The notes: generated by a model not told the origin, from the letters alone. Positions 27,134 to 38,377 are shown, counted from the stretch's first letter. The stretch: 64,000 bases of DNA from Bacteroidales bacterium (GCA_004556745.1 SFFY01000002.1:10056-74055), one strand, 5' to 3'. Made by a program: numbers and translations.

Positions 27134-29026
27134 TTATTCCAAATAAGTATATCCGTAAAGGCCGGAGCGGTAATTGTAGATAAACTCCTTGCCTTCCTCA
27201 ATCGTGATTTTGCCTTCCTTCACGGCCTTGCTCACCCACGTTTCGAGGCGGCGCACCAGCCGCTTGGGGTCGTACTGCACGTATTCGAGCACGTCGGCAA
27301 CGGTTTCGCCGTCGATGGTCTTCTCGATGTTGTAGTCGTCGCCGTCGATGGTGATATGCACGGCGTTCGTGTCGCCGAAGAGGTTGTGCATGTTGCCGAG
27401 GATTTCCTGATAGGCACCCACGAGGAACACGCCGATATAATAATGCTCGCCCTCTCGTATGGTGTGCAGCGGGAGGTACGATGTCTGCTGGTTGTAATTG
27501 ACGTACGTGCTGATTTTGCCGTCCGAGTCGCAGGTGATGTCCTGCAAGGTTGCCGAGCGCGTGGGCTTCTCGTCGAGCCGCGCGATGGGCATGATGGGGA
27601 AGAGCTGGTCAATGCCCCAAGAGTCGGGCATGGACTGGAAGAGCGAGAAGTTGCAGAAATATTTATCCGCCATCGTCTTGTCGAGGTTGCGCAGTTCGTC
27701 GGGCACGTGCTTCTGGTGGTGCACGAGGTCGGAGATTTCGTGCGTGATGCTCCAATAGAGGCTTTCGATGTGCGCACGGGTTTTAAGGTCGATGATGCCG
27801 TGGCGGAAGAGATCAAGCGCTTCGTCGCGGATATCCTGCGCATCGTGCCAGTCTTCGAGCATGGAGCGTGAGGAAAGTTTGTCCCAGATCTCCGTGAGAT
27901 CGCGCACGAGTTGGTGGTCGCCCTCGGCAGGCTGGAAGTCCTCGGGCATGTAAGGCATCGAGGCGCATTCGAGCACGTCGAGGATAAGCACGGAGTGGTG
28001 CGCCGTCAGTGAGCGGCCGCCCTCGGTGATGAGGTTGGGGTGGGGAATGTTGTTTTTGTTGGCTGCGTCGGCAAAGGTATAGACGCAGTCGTTCACGTAT
28101 TCCTGGATAGAATAGTTCACCGAACTTTCGGAGTTGCTCGAGCGCGTACCGTCGTAGTCCACGCCGAGGCCGCCGCCGCAGTCCACAAACTCTACGTTGA
28201 AGCCCATGGCGTGGAGCTGTACGTAGAACTGCGCAGCCTCGCGCAGGGCGGTGGAGATGCGGCGGATTTTCGTGATTTGCGAGCCGATGTGGAAATGAAT
28301 GAGTTTCAGGCAGTCGTGCATGCCCATTTCGTCGAGCATCTGCAAGGCTTGCAGCAGTTCGGCGGAGTTGAGGCCGAACTTAGAGGCATCGCCGCCGCTC
28401 TCCTGCCACTTGCCCGTGCCCGACGAGGCGAGCTTGATGCGTATGCCGAGGTTGGGGCGCACGCCGAGTTTCTGCGCGGCGCGGGCAATGCTGACGAGTT
28501 CGGGCATCTTCTCGATGACGAGGAACACGCGCTTGCCCATTTTCTGTGCCAAGAGCGCAAGTTCTATAAAGTTCTGGTCTTTGTGGCCGTTGCAGATAAT
28601 CAGGCTGTCGCTGTCCATGTTCGTGGCCAGCACGGCGTGCAGCTCGGGTTTGCTGCCGGCTTCGAGGCCGAGGTTGTACTTCTTGCCGTGGCTGATAATC
28701 TCTTCCACCACGGGGCGCATCTGGTTTACCTTAATGGGGTAGATGATAAAGTGGTCGGCCTTGTAGTTGTACTCCTTTTCGGCGCGGTCGAAGCATTCTG
28801 CGGTCTTCTCGATGCGGTTGTCGAGGATATCGGGGAAGCGCAGCAGGACGGGCGCGGTGATGTCGCGCGAGTTGAGTTCGTCCACTACTTCTTTGAGGTC
28901 TACTTTCACGCCGTCTTTGCGCGGTGACACGTAGGCGTGCCCTTTTTCATTGATGCCGAAATAGTTTACGCCCCAGCCCTTTACGTTGTAAAGTTCCTCG
29001 GAATCTTCAATTCTCCATTTTCTCAT
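27134..29026 (-). CDS. speA: Biosynthetic arginine decarboxylase
   Basis: YPIKVNQ, GLEAGSKPEL, HFHIGSQ, GGGLGVDYDG, DITCDSDG, GAYQEILG, HNLFG. Confidence 0.97.
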   Translation of the reverse strand: MRKWRIEDSEELYNVKGWGVNYFGINEKGHAYVSPRKDGVKVDLKEVVDELNSRDITAPVLLRFPDILDNRIEKTAECFDRAEKEYNYKADHFIIYPIKVNQMRPVVEEIISHGKKYNLGLEAGSKPELHAVLATNMDSDSLIICNGHKDQNFIELALLAQKMGKRVFLVIEKMPELVSIARAAQKLGVRPNLGIRIKLASSGTGKWQESGGDASKFGLNSAELLQALQMLDEMGMHDCLKLIHFHIGSQITKIRRISTALREAAQFYVQLHAMGFNVEFVDCGGGLGVDYDGTRSSNSESSVNYSIQEYVNDCVYTFADAANKNNIPHPNLITEGGRSLTAHHSVLILDVLECASMPYMPEDFQPAEGDHQLVRDLTEIWDKLSSRSMLEDWHDAQDIRDEALDLFRHGIIDLKTRAHIESLYWSITHEISDLVHHQKHVPDELRNLDKTMADKYFCNFSLFQSMPDSWGIDQLFPIMPIARLDEKPTRSATLQDITCDSDGKISTYVNYNQQTSYLPLHTIREGEHYYIGVFLVGAYQEILGNMHNLFGDTNAVHITIDGDDYNIEKTIDGETVADVLEYVQYDPKRLVRRLETWVSKAVKEGKITIEEGKEFIYNYRSGLYGYTYLE

Positions 29027-29063
29027 TGGCAGTAAGGTTGTGTGGGATAGATGGATGATGATA

Positions 29064-29585
29064 TTAGAGCCGCTCGCAAATAAGGTCGGCTACGTGGTCG
29101 ATTTTGTCGAAAGAGTCAAGCACGTTCACGTCTATGATTTCTTGTGCTTGGCTATAAAAAGGCTCGCGCTCGGCGAGCTGGGCGTCAACGAACTCTTTAA
29201 GTTCCTCGCTGCTTTTGCCTTTCAGCAGCGGGCGCTCTCCCCGGCTCATGCCGATGTGGTCGCAGAGCGTTTGGACAGAGGCCTTCATATAGAAGGTGTG
29301 CCCCACGGAGTTCATATAGTCCATATTGTCGAAAAAGCACGGCGTGCCGCCGCCGCAGGCCAGCACCACGTTCTCAAACTCTGCCGCCTCGTGGAGCATG
29401 CGGCGCTCGAGGTCGCGGAACCGCGCCTCGCCTTCCTCGGCGAAGATACGCGCCACCTTCGTGTGGAAACGCTCCTCGATGTACCAGTCCAAGTCGTAGA
29501 ACGTGCAGCCCAGTTTCTTGGCCACGGCACGCCCCACGGTGGTCTTGCCGGCGCACATGTAGCCTATGAGGATAATGCTTTTCAT
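29064..29585 (-). CDS. aroK: Shikimate kinase
   Basis: ILIGYMCAGKTTVG, DLD, GEARFRDLE, GGGTPC, RPLL; start moved to ATG 29585. Confidence 0.93.
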   Translation of the reverse strand: MKSIILIGYMCAGKTTVGRAVAKKLGCTFYDLDWYIEERFHTKVARIFAEEGEARFRDLERRMLHEAAEFENVVLACGGGTPCFFDNMDYMNSVGHTFYMKASVQTLCDHIGMSRGERPLLKGKSSEELKEFVDAQLAEREPFYSQAQEIIDVNVLDSFDKIDHVADLICERL

Positions 29586-29596
29586 CGGCGGACGAT

Positions 29597-31909
29597 TTAT
29601 TTCTTCGCTTTCTTCTTGGGCGGCTCGCTCATTATTTTGCGGCACTCCTCGATGGTCAGTTCTGCGGCACGCTCCGCCATAGAGCGTGGTATCTTGAAGT
29701 TCTTGCCGTTGCAGGCGATGTAGGGGCCGAAGCGGCCCGTGCGGATTTGCAGCCCCTCTTGTTCCTCGAAGGTTTTGAGGATAGACTGCTCCTCGGCGTT
29801 GCGCTTCGTCACAATCAGGTTGATGGCCTGCTCCTGCGTGATTTCGAGCGGGTCGATGTTTTTCGGGATCGACACGAACTTCTTGTCGTGCATCACGTAA
29901 GGGCCGAAGCGTCCCGTCGACACCACGATGTCTTTGCCCTCAAACGCGCCGCACACGCGCGGCAGTTTGAAGAGGTCGAGGGCTTCTTCGAGCGTGATGG
30001 TCTCGATGCTCTGCCCTGCGGCGAGGCGTGCGAAGCGCGGTTTTTCCTCCTCGCCCGTTTCGCCGATTTGCGCCATTGGTCCGAAGCGGCCTATCTTCAC
30101 CACCACGGGTTTGCCGCTGGCGGGGTCGGTGCCGAGGCTGCGCTCGCCCACCTTGTGGGAAGACTGCTGCTCGAGCGAGCGTTCCACGTCCGGCTCGAAA
30201 TCTTTATAAAATGATTGAATGAGTTTCTTCCAGTCCTTCTTGCCTTCTGCCACCTCGTCGAACTCTTTCTCAACGTTGGCGGTGAAGTTGTAGTCCATAA
30301 TGCCCGGGAAAGCCTCCATGAGGAAGTCGTTGACCACGAGGCCCACGTCGGTCGGCATCAGTTTGCCTTTCTCGCTGCCCACCGTCTCAGTGCGCGTGGC
30401 CTCCTGCACCTTGCCGTCGGCGAGGACGAGCACCGTGAAGGGGCGCTCCGTGCCTTCCTTGTCGCCCTTTGCCACATAGCCGCGCTGCTGGATGGTAGAA
30501 ATCGTGGGCGCGTAGGTCGACGGGCGGCCGATGCCCAGTTCTTCGAGTTTATGCACGAGCGAGGCTTCGTTGTAGCGTGCCGGCGCGGCGGAGAAACGCT
30601 CGCGGGCCGAAATCTCCGTGGCGAGGGCGGCTTCACCCTCCGACATCTGCGGCAGCATGCCGGGAGCGGCCTCTGCCTCGCCTTCGCCGGCATTGCGGCT
30701 GTCGGCATAGACGCGCAGGAAACCGTCGAACTTCACTACTTCGCCATTGGCCACGAACGTTTCGGGCTTGCCGTCGATGGCAATCACCGCCGTGGTCTTC
30801 TCAATCAGCGCGTCTGCCATCTGGCACGCCAGTGTGCGCTTGCGGATAAGGCCATAGAGGCGGCGTTCCTGCGCAGTGCCTTCAATTTCGGCGCGGCGCA
30901 TGTCGGTGGGGCGAATGGCCTCGTGCGCCTCTTGCGCTCCCTTGGTGTGCGTATGGTAGGTGCGGCGCTTGTGGTATGCCTTGCCCATGCTCTCTTCGAT
31001 GACTGGGCCGCAGGCGTTGAGGCACAGCGCGGAGAGGTTGGTAGAGTCGGTACGCATGTAGGTGATAAGACCCGCCTCGTAGAGCGTCTGCGCCACGCGC
31101 ATCGTGGCCGAAACGCTGAAGCCCAACTTGCGCGCGGCTTCCTGCTGCAAGGTCGAGGTGGTAAACGGCGGCGCGGGCGAGCGGTGCGTGGGGTGCGTTT
31201 CCACTTCCGCCACTTTGAACGATGCGCCGCTGCAACTGAGCAGGAATGCCTCCGCCTCAGCCTTTGTCTTAAAGCGGCGGTCGAGTTCGGCGCGTACCTC
31301 CTTGCCGCTGTTCCCGAGCGTGAACACGGCACTCACGCGATAGGCGGTCTGCTCCTTGAAGGCGGCGATTTCGCGCTCGCGCTCCACAATGAGGCGCACG
31401 GCCACGCTCTGCACGCGCCCTGCCGAAAGACTGGGGCGCACGCGCCGCCACAGCACGGGCGACACCTTGAAGCCCACGAGGCGGTCGAGCACGCGGCGGG
31501 CCTGCTGCGCGTCCACGAGGTTGAGGTCTATGGAGCGCGGGTGCTCTATGGCGGCGAGAATGGCGGGCTTCGTGATTTCGTGGAACACGATGCGCTGTGC
31601 CGTCTTGGGGTCAATGCCGAGCACCTCCGCCAAGTGCCAAGAGATGGCCTCTCCCTCGCGGTCTTCATCGGACGCGAGCCACACGGCGGCGGCCTTCTTG
31701 GCGGCCGAGCGCAACTCGTTCACCACGTGCTGCTTGTCGGCTGGTATTTCGTAGTCGGGCGCAAACGTGTCGAGGTCCACGCCGAAGTTCTTCTTTTTCA
31801 GGTCACGGATATGGCCGTAACTTGACATTACTTTGTAGTCGTCGCCAAGGAATTTCTCAATGGTTTTTGCCTTTGCGGGCGACTCCACAATGACTAAGTT
31901 TTTGGGCAT
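29597..31909 (-). CDS. topA: DNA topoisomerase I
   Basis: NLVIVESPAKAKTI, DEDREGE, SAGRVQS, LITYMRTDS, GIGRPSTYA, C-terminal GRFGP repeats. Confidence 0.97.
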   Translation of the reverse strand: MPKNLVIVESPAKAKTIEKFLGDDYKVMSSYGHIRDLKKKNFGVDLDTFAPDYEIPADKQHVVNELRSAAKKAAAVWLASDEDREGEAISWHLAEVLGIDPKTAQRIVFHEITKPAILAAIEHPRSIDLNLVDAQQARRVLDRLVGFKVSPVLWRRVRPSLSAGRVQSVAVRLIVEREREIAAFKEQTAYRVSAVFTLGNSGKEVRAELDRRFKTKAEAEAFLLSCSGASFKVAEVETHPTHRSPAPPFTTSTLQQEAARKLGFSVSATMRVAQTLYEAGLITYMRTDSTNLSALCLNACGPVIEESMGKAYHKRRTYHTHTKGAQEAHEAIRPTDMRRAEIEGTAQERRLYGLIRKRTLACQMADALIEKTTAVIAIDGKPETFVANGEVVKFDGFLRVYADSRNAGEGEAEAAPGMLPQMSEGEAALATEISARERFSAAPARYNEASLVHKLEELGIGRPSTYAPTISTIQQRGYVAKGDKEGTERPFTVLVLADGKVQEATRTETVGSEKGKLMPTDVGLVVNDFLMEAFPGIMDYNFTANVEKEFDEVAEGKKDWKKLIQSFYKDFEPDVERSLEQQSSHKVGERSLGTDPASGKPVVVKIGRFGPMAQIGETGEEEKPRFARLAAGQSIETITLEEALDLFKLPRVCGAFEGKDIVVSTGRFGPYVMHDKKFVSIPKNIDPLEITQEQAINLIVTKRNAEEQSILKTFEEQEGLQIRTGRFGPYIACNGKNFKIPRSMAERAAELTIEECRKIMSEPPKKKAKK

Positions 31910-31939
31910 TGTAATATATGATACTTTAATTTCTGCGTG

Positions 31940-31947
31940 CAAAAGTA
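31940..31947 (-). promoter_or_regulatory. -7 element (TACTTTTG) for topA-aroK-speA
   Basis: Exact TAnnTTTG about 30 nt upstream of the topA ATG. Confidence 0.6.
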
Positions 31948-32039
31948 GGGAAAAAAGACATTATATAATGTATCGTCTTATAAAAAAACGCATTCCGTCC
32001 CGTTTCGGGGTACACAATATTATATATATACGTTACTTG

Positions 32040-32096
32040 AGTAAATAAGTAGACGAGTAAACAAGTGAACAAGTAGACGTGTAAACTCGTCTGCTA
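32040..32096. repeat. 8-bp AGTnnACR array (mostly one arm)
   Basis: AGTAAATAAGTAGACGAGTAAACAAGTGAACAAGTAGACGTGTAAACTCGTCTGCTA. Confidence 0.75.
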
Positions 32097-32204
32097 AATA
32101 TCCCCGCTTTCACTAAAAAACTAATTATCTGCGCATATAAGCGCATATTTTCGTAAATTTGCGCGTTGTTTTCTCACACGGATTATAATCCTTACCTTTT
32201 TTCA

Positions 32205-33680
32205 ATGCAAGAATTTCAGCTAATTGCCAAAACCTTTCAAGGTCTTGAAGAGGTTTTGGCGCAAGAACTGACCGAACTCGGTGCCAACAACATCGAAATC
32301 GGCCGGCGCATGGTGTCGTTTACAGGCGACAAGGCAATGATGTATCGCGCCAACTTCTGCCTGCGCACCGCCGTCAGAATTTTGAAACCTATCAAAACTT
32401 TTAAGGCAACTGATGCCGACGATGTCTACAATGCAGTGCGCGGCGTGGAATGGGATGACTTTCTCGACCTCAAAACGACTTTTTCGGTCGACTCGGTAGT
32501 CTATTCCGAGGAGTTCCGTCATTCTAAGTTCGTGGCCTATAAAGTGAAAGACGCCATCGTGGACTACTTCCGCGAGAAGCACGGCGAACGCCCCAATATC
32601 CGCATTACGAACCCCGATATCCGCCTGAATATCCATATTGCCGATACGCAATGCACGCTGTCGCTCGACTCTTCCGGCGAGAGCCTGCACCTGCGCGGTT
32701 ATCGCACGGCTTCGGTGGACGCGCCCATTAACGAGGTGCTCGCCGCAGGTTTGATAAAGTTGTCGGGTTGGGACTTTAAGTCTGATTTCATCGACCCGTT
32801 CTGCGGTTCTGGCACGATTTTGGTGGAGGCCGCCCTCATGGCGCGCAACATCTACCCCGGCGTGTTCCGCAAGAAGTTCGGCTTTGAGAATTGGAAGGAT
32901 TTCGACCCCGAACTGTTACAGGAAATCTACGACGACGACACACAGGAACGCGCTTTCGACCATAAGATTTACGGCTACGACCTTAACCTGCGTGCCATTG
33001 AGGCAGCCGATGCCAACGTGAAGGCAGCGGGTGTGAGCGATATCGTAACCCTCGAGCAGCGCGACTTCCAAAAGTTCGAGCAGCCTGCCGAGAAGGCTAT
33101 TATGGTGACCAATCCGCCTTACGGCGAACGCCTTAAGCCCGAAGACCTCACGGGGCTGTATCAGATGATCGGCAAGACGCTGAAACATTCCTTCTGCGGC
33201 AACGAGGCTTGGATTATCAGTTACAAGGAAGAATGCTTTGAAGCCATCGGCTTGAAGCCGAGTTTCAAAATTCCCCTTTACAACGGCGCACTCGACTGCG
33301 AGTTCCGCAAATACCAACTCTTCGACGGCAAACTCAACGCCTTTCGCGCTGCCGGAGGCGAGGTGAAGACGGTAGAGGAACGCCGCCGCATGGGCGAGAA
33401 GCACCGTTTTAAGCAGAACCGTGGCGAGTTCAACCGCCGCCCTGCGGACGAAGAGCGCGTGCCCGACGAGGACTTTACGCCCGAATACGAGATGTTGCGC
33501 AAGCGTCACCGCGAGTTCCAAAACACTTTCGGACCTCGCGAACGCCGCAGCGAAAATCCGCGCCGCTTTGAGGGCGAGAAAGACTTCAAACGCGGAAAGG
33601 GCGGCGAATTCAAACGGCGCAGCGACCGCGAGGAACGCGGCAGGGGTGGTAAGTTTGGCGGCAAACGGCGCGACAAATGA
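32205..33680 (+). CDS. THUMP-domain SAM-dependent RNA methyltransferase (RlmL-like) with charged C-terminal tail
   Basis: AKTFQGLEEVL, SLHLRGYR, DPFCGSGT, TNPPYGER; -7 element TAAATTTG at 32154-32161. Confidence 0.9.
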   Translation: MQEFQLIAKTFQGLEEVLAQELTELGANNIEIGRRMVSFTGDKAMMYRANFCLRTAVRILKPIKTFKATDADDVYNAVRGVEWDDFLDLKTTFSVDSVVYSEEFRHSKFVAYKVKDAIVDYFREKHGERPNIRITNPDIRLNIHIADTQCTLSLDSSGESLHLRGYRTASVDAPINEVLAAGLIKLSGWDFKSDFIDPFCGSGTILVEAALMARNIYPGVFRKKFGFENWKDFDPELLQEIYDDDTQERAFDHKIYGYDLNLRAIEAADANVKAAGVSDIVTLEQRDFQKFEQPAEKAIMVTNPPYGERLKPEDLTGLYQMIGKTLKHSFCGNEAWIISYKEECFEAIGLKPSFKIPLYNGALDCEFRKYQLFDGKLNAFRAAGGEVKTVEERRRMGEKHRFKQNRGEFNRRPADEERVPDEDFTPEYEMLRKRHREFQNTFGPRERRSENPRRFEGEKDFKRGKGGEFKRRSDREERGRGGKFGGKRRDK

Positions 33681-33684
33681 TTGC

Positions 33685-33781
33685 GAGTAGGGGCGTTTTG
33701 CAAAACGCCCGGTAAATGATAGCTTTATTGAATTTAACCTTTAGGCGCATTCGGCGGGCGTTTTGCAAAACGCCCCTACTC
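33685..33781. repeat. GTAG REP doublet
   Basis: Perfect 27-bp IR GAGTAGGGGCGTTTTGCAAAACGCCCG (33685-33711 / 33755-33781). Confidence 0.9.
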
Positions 33782-33814
33782 TTTTACTAAATTGTATTAT
33801 TTAAGTATCAAACC

Positions 33815-35992
33815 ATGACGAACAAGAAACTCATAGCCGCAGGCTTGCTTTTCCTGCTGGCACACTTACCCATTATGGCACAAGGCACAAAGCAGTTCAC
33901 GCTCGACGACCTGATGTGGGGCGGCTCGAACTATTGGAACATCCAGCCCCGCTCTGTATTTACCGCTTGGTGGGGCGACCGCCTCGTTGAGACGAAAGTG
34001 GAAGAACTTAGCCTCCTTTTCGACAACAAGGGGAAGAAGGTGGAGAAAAATGCTGCGCTCTGCTCCCTCGCCGACATCAATGCCGCGCTCGACACGGCGG
34101 CATTCGGCAAGGTGCGCACCCTTACAGGCGCAGCCTTTCCCGAATCAAACGGCACCGTAGTGCGCGTCCGTGCCGACAAGGGCACAGTGGACTACGACTG
34201 GACCAAGAAGCAAATCGTCTTTTCCATGCTCCGCCCCGAAGGAAATCTTCAAGCCACGAAAACGGCACCCGTCACCTCGGCGCTGGCCTACGTGAAGGAC
34301 TACAATATATATATACGCACGCGCGAGGGCAAGGACTTGACGGTTACGACCGACGGCACGCGCGAGTTGCAGTACGGCCTCACTGTGCACCGCAACGAGT
34401 TCGGCATCAACGAAGGACTGTTTTGGAGCCCTAAGGGCAATTTGCTGGCGTTCTACCGTATGGACCAAAGTATGGTGACGGACTTCCCGCTCATCGACAT
34501 CTTCCACCGCGTGGCTCAGCTTGCACCCGAGAAATACCCCATGGCAGGCATGACGAGCCATAAGGTAACTGTCGGCATCTTCAACCCTGCAACTGGGCAG
34601 ACGGTCTATCTCAAAGCCGGCGACCCCACCGACCGCTATTTCACCAATATAGCCTGGTCGCCCGATGAAAGCACTGTTTATATGTTTGAACTGCCCCGCA
34701 CGCAGGATAAGGCGGAACTCGTGGCCTACGATGCTGCCACGGGCGAGCGCAAAGGCGTTCTGTACACCGAGACCAATGCGCGTTACGTCGAGCCGATGAA
34801 CCCGATTGTCTTTCTGCCGTGGGACGCCGGCAAGTTCGTGATGCAGTCGCGCCGCGATGGATACAACCATTTTTATCTCTTCGACACCACGGGCAAGCAG
34901 TTGGCGCAGCTCACCAAAGGCGCGTTTGAGGTAATCGATTTCCTCGGTTTCAACGAACAGGCAAAGAGCATCGTTTATCTTGCCAACGAGCAGTCGCCCG
35001 TTCGCCACAATCTCTATTCCGTGCAAGTAGCATCGGGCAAGCGCCAGTTGCTCGACAATGGCGAGGGCGTGCACCGCGCCTCGCTTTCAGCCGGCGGCCG
35101 TTTCCTTTGCGACCGTTGGAGCAAGCCCGACACCTATCGCCAGGTTGACTTTGTCAATACCTCCAATGGCAAGAAGCAAGTCGTGCAAGAGCGCATCGCC
35201 ACGCCGTGGGCAGACTTTAACGTGCCCGAAATCACGGGCGGCAGCATCAAGGCTGCCGACGGCACGACCGACCTCTACTACCGCCTGGTGAAGCCCGTTG
35301 GCTTCGACCCCGCAAAGAAATACCCCACGGTGGTGTACGTTTACGGCGGCCCGCACGCCAACAACGTGGAGGAAAGCTGGAATTTCGCCGCCCGCCCCTG
35401 GGAAATCTATATGGCGCAGCGCGGCTACGTGCTGTTTGTCATCGACAACCGCGGCTCGCAATATCGCGGTTTCGACTTCGAGAGCTGCACGCACCGCCAT
35501 CTCGGCGACATCGAGATGAAGGACCAGTTGAAGGGCGTGGAATTTCTCAAAACCCTGCCTTATGTCGATGCTGACCGCCTCGGCGTGCACGGCTGGTCGT
35601 TCGGCGGCTACATGACCACCAACCTCATGTGTTCCTACCCCGATGTGTTCAAAGTCGGCGTGGCGGGCGGCCCCGTTATCGACTGGAAATATTACGAGGT
35701 GATGTATGGCGAGCGCTACATGGACACGCCGCAGGAAAACCCCGACGGTTACGAAAGTTCCTCGCTGCTGCCTAAGGCCAAGAACCTCAAAGGCCGCCTG
35801 CAAATCATCGTGGGTCTTAACGACGGCACTTGCGTGCTGCAGCACAGCCTTGCTTTCCTCCGCGCCTGCGAAGATGCTGGCACGCAGCCCGACTATTTCG
35901 TTTATCCCGGTCAGGAACATAATATGATGGGGCGCGATATGGTGCATCTCCATGAACGCATCACGCGCTACTTCGACGATTATCTCAAATAA
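33815..35992 (+). CDS. S9 family peptidase (DPP-IV / prolyl tripeptidyl peptidase-like)
   Basis: HRNEFGI, YVYGGP, DNRGS, GWSFGG nucleophile, YPGQEH. Confidence 0.92.
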   Translation: MTNKKLIAAGLLFLLAHLPIMAQGTKQFTLDDLMWGGSNYWNIQPRSVFTAWWGDRLVETKVEELSLLFDNKGKKVEKNAALCSLADINAALDTAAFGKVRTLTGAAFPESNGTVVRVRADKGTVDYDWTKKQIVFSMLRPEGNLQATKTAPVTSALAYVKDYNIYIRTREGKDLTVTTDGTRELQYGLTVHRNEFGINEGLFWSPKGNLLAFYRMDQSMVTDFPLIDIFHRVAQLAPEKYPMAGMTSHKVTVGIFNPATGQTVYLKAGDPTDRYFTNIAWSPDESTVYMFELPRTQDKAELVAYDAATGERKGVLYTETNARYVEPMNPIVFLPWDAGKFVMQSRRDGYNHFYLFDTTGKQLAQLTKGAFEVIDFLGFNEQAKSIVYLANEQSPVRHNLYSVQVASGKRQLLDNGEGVHRASLSAGGRFLCDRWSKPDTYRQVDFVNTSNGKKQVVQERIATPWADFNVPEITGGSIKAADGTTDLYYRLVKPVGFDPAKKYPTVVYVYGGPHANNVEESWNFAARPWEIYMAQRGYVLFVIDNRGSQYRGFDFESCTHRHLGDIEMKDQLKGVEFLKTLPYVDADRLGVHGWSFGGYMTTNLMCSYPDVFKVGVAGGPVIDWKYYEVMYGERYMDTPQENPDGYESSSLLPKAKNLKGRLQIIVGLNDGTCVLQHSLAFLRACEDAGTQPDYFVYPGQEHNMMGRDMVHLHERITRYFDDYLK

Positions 35993-36017
35993 TATCTTAA
36001 AACATCATTATACAACC

Positions 36018-36392
36018 ATGAACGCAATATCCACAACAAACGCGCCTGCCGCAATAGGCCCGTACAGCCAAGCCATTAAAGTGGGCGAACTGGTGTTTGT
36101 GTCGGGCCAGTTGCCCATCGACCCCGCCACGGGTGCCTTCGCAGAGGGCGGCATCAAAGAACTGACGCGCCAGTCGCTCACCAACATGAAGGCTATTCTC
36201 GAAGAAGCCGGCACTTCTATGGCCAACGTTGTAAAAACCACCGTCTTCCTTGCCGACATGAACGACTTTGCCGCGATGAACGAGGTTTATGCCGAGTTCT
36301 TTGCCGCTCCCTTCCCTGCCCGCTCCGCCGTAGCAGTAAAAACCCTGCCCAAGGGTGCGCTGGTAGAAATCGAGTGCATAGCGCAGGCGTAA
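36018..36392 (+). CDS. RidA family reactive intermediate deaminase
   Basis: [39 protein letters not shown]. Confidence 0.95.
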   Translation: MNAISTTNAPAAIGPYSQAIKVGELVFVSGQLPIDPATGAFAEGGIKELTRQSLTNMKAILEEAGTSMANVVKTTVFLADMNDFAAMNEVYAEFFAAPFPARSAVAVKTLPKGALVEIECIAQA

Positions 36393-36423
36393 AGCCGTCT
36401 TTATAACAAACTCATAATAAGCA

Positions 36424-36453
36424 TTTAGGGCGTGCCAAACGGCACGCCCTAAA
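36424..36453. terminator. Bidirectional terminator
   Basis: TTTAGGGCGTGCC / GGCACGCCCTAAA between convergent genes. Confidence 0.75.
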
Positions 36454-36481
36454 CGTTTTTTGGTGATTTCTGGATACCACC

Positions 36482-36736
36482 TTATCTTAATATATGAAAT
36501 ATGCAGTAGGCGACAAGTGGAAATACGCCTATGATGACGGGTGCAAGATTGCTTTTAATCGATTGCTTGAAACTTTTTGTGGTGCGCCAAGTAAAATAAA
36601 CGAGCAAGACCAACGTGATATAAAAATCCAAGCAAGCCAGCCATGTGAGGACTTCAAGAAATAAGTGATCCCAAAATCTCAGTAAGATTGAACATAGAAA
36701 CCAAAAGTAGAGTGCAAATTCATTTGCCTTTTTCAT
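36482..36736 (-). CDS. Small AT-rich membrane protein (about 3 TM segments)
   Basis: 84 aa, very hydrophobic; upstream -7 TATATTTG (36861-36868, minus) and downstream terminator. Confidence 0.55.
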   Translation of the reverse strand: MKKANEFALYFWFLCSILLRFWDHLFLEVLTWLACLDFYITLVLLVYFTWRTTKSFKQSIKSNLAPVIIGVFPLVAYCIFHILR

Positions 36737-36989
36737 ACGCCTGTTGTATTAGTTAACATAATAGGTTTATTTGTGGCCGTTTGACCGCTTGCCATTTGCC
36801 AAATCATTATTGAGCAGGAGAAAGTATGCTTTCCTGCGTCCAATCATGCAGCCTTAGATGCAAATATACGGCATATTTAATATTCAACCAAGCAATGATT
36901 GCGGTTTTCGGTTATTTGTGGCGATTTTATTCGGTGATTTGTGGATTTCAGGCATTTCAAGAAAGACGCTCTGCCGTTTCCCGCGCCAT

Positions 36990-37240
36990 TTGCTCGGAGC
37001 AATTTATTATTTGCAGCAAGCTATTTTTTACTTGCTGCCTGATATTTTTTCCTTTCCTATAAGAAAGTTTTTGTTACAAAGTTTGTAACACGTATTACAA
37101 ACTTTGTAACATGTGTTAGAAACTTTGTAACGCTTGTTACAAACTTTGTAATAAACTTTTTCTTATATGACAGTGAAAAATATCAAGGAAGAAGAAAAAA
37201 ATGTCTTATAGGAGCGGGAAAAATATCAAGGAGCAAACGG
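36990..37240. repeat. 21-bp-period palindrome array element, copy 3
   Basis: Units at 37073, 37094, 37115, 37136 plus the shared GAAAAATATCAAGG flank. Outer bounds approximate. Confidence 0.85.
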
Positions 37241-37409
37241 GGACGATCACGGGGATAATTTGAGCGAGGCGCGGGCTGGATTTTGCGATGAAATCAGTAT
37301 TTTTTGCTATCATATAAGAAAAATCAAATTTTCCTTCCGTAATTATGTCAGATTATCCCTAACTTTGAACTCTTTTAATGAAGAATATAAAAATTAAAGC
37401 ATAAAAACC

Positions 37410-38327
37410 ATGCCAACCACCGCGCCGACCTATCATGTTTCCGTCTTGCTCAAAGAGAGCGTGGACGCGCTCTGCATACGCCCCGACGGCATTTACGTAG
37501 ACGTGACTTTCGGCGGCGGCGGGCATAGCCGCGAAATTCTCGGCAGGTTGGGCGACAAGGGGCATCTGTATGGGTTTGACCAAGACGCCGATGCCGCTCA
37601 GAATGTGCCCGAGGGCGAGGCGCGCTTCACGTTTGTGCAAAGCAATTTCCGCTATCTTACGAACTGGATGCGCTATTATGGTGTGGACGGTGTGGACGGA
37701 CTGATAGCCGACCTCGGCGTGTCGAGCCACCATTTCGACGATGAAACGAGAGGTTTCTCCTTTCGCTACGAAGCTCCCTTGGACATGCGCATGAACGGAC
37801 GCGGGGGCGCGACGGCGGCCGACATAGTGAACACTTACGCTCCCGAGGATCTGGCGCGGCTGTTCCTATTGTACGGAGAACTAAAAAACGGAAGGCGATT
37901 AACCGATGCGCTTTGCAAGGCACGCGCGATGAAACCGATAAAAACGGTGCAGGAGTTCCTCGAAGCCGTGCGCCCGCTGATGGGTCGTGACCGCGAGAAG
38001 AAGGATCTCGCAAAGGCATTCCAGGCCCTGCGCATCGAGGTAAACCACGAGATGGACGCCTTGCGCGAGTTGTTGGAAGGCAGTCTGAAAGTGCTGAGCC
38101 CCGGCGGCCGGCTGGTGGTACTGACCTACCACAGCCTCGAAGACCGCATGGTGAAGAACTTCATCAAGGCAGGCAACATTGACGGCAAAGTGGAGCAGGA
38201 CTTCTTCGGCAACCGCCTTTCGCCCTTTGCGGCGGTGAACAACAAAGTCATTGTGCCCTCCGAAGCCGAGCAGGCGGAAAATCCCCGCAGCCGCAGCGCG
38301 AAGCTCCGCATTGCGGAAAAGAAGTAG
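37410..38327 (+). CDS. rsmH: 16S rRNA C1402 N4-methyltransferase
   Basis: HVSVLLKES, DVTFGGGGHS, DLGVSS, PLDMRM, FQALRIEVN, YHSLEDR, NPRSRSAKLR. Confidence 0.97.
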   Translation: MPTTAPTYHVSVLLKESVDALCIRPDGIYVDVTFGGGGHSREILGRLGDKGHLYGFDQDADAAQNVPEGEARFTFVQSNFRYLTNWMRYYGVDGVDGLIADLGVSSHHFDDETRGFSFRYEAPLDMRMNGRGGATAADIVNTYAPEDLARLFLLYGELKNGRRLTDALCKARAMKPIKTVQEFLEAVRPLMGRDREKKDLAKAFQALRIEVNHEMDALRELLEGSLKVLSPGGRLVVLTYHSLEDRMVKNFIKAGNIDGKVEQDFFGNRLSPFAAVNNKVIVPSEAEQAENPRSRSAKLRIAEKK

Positions 38328-38377
38328 GGGTGTGAGAATGAAAGAAGCATTATTTAAGATAAAAACAGCAATGCAAT

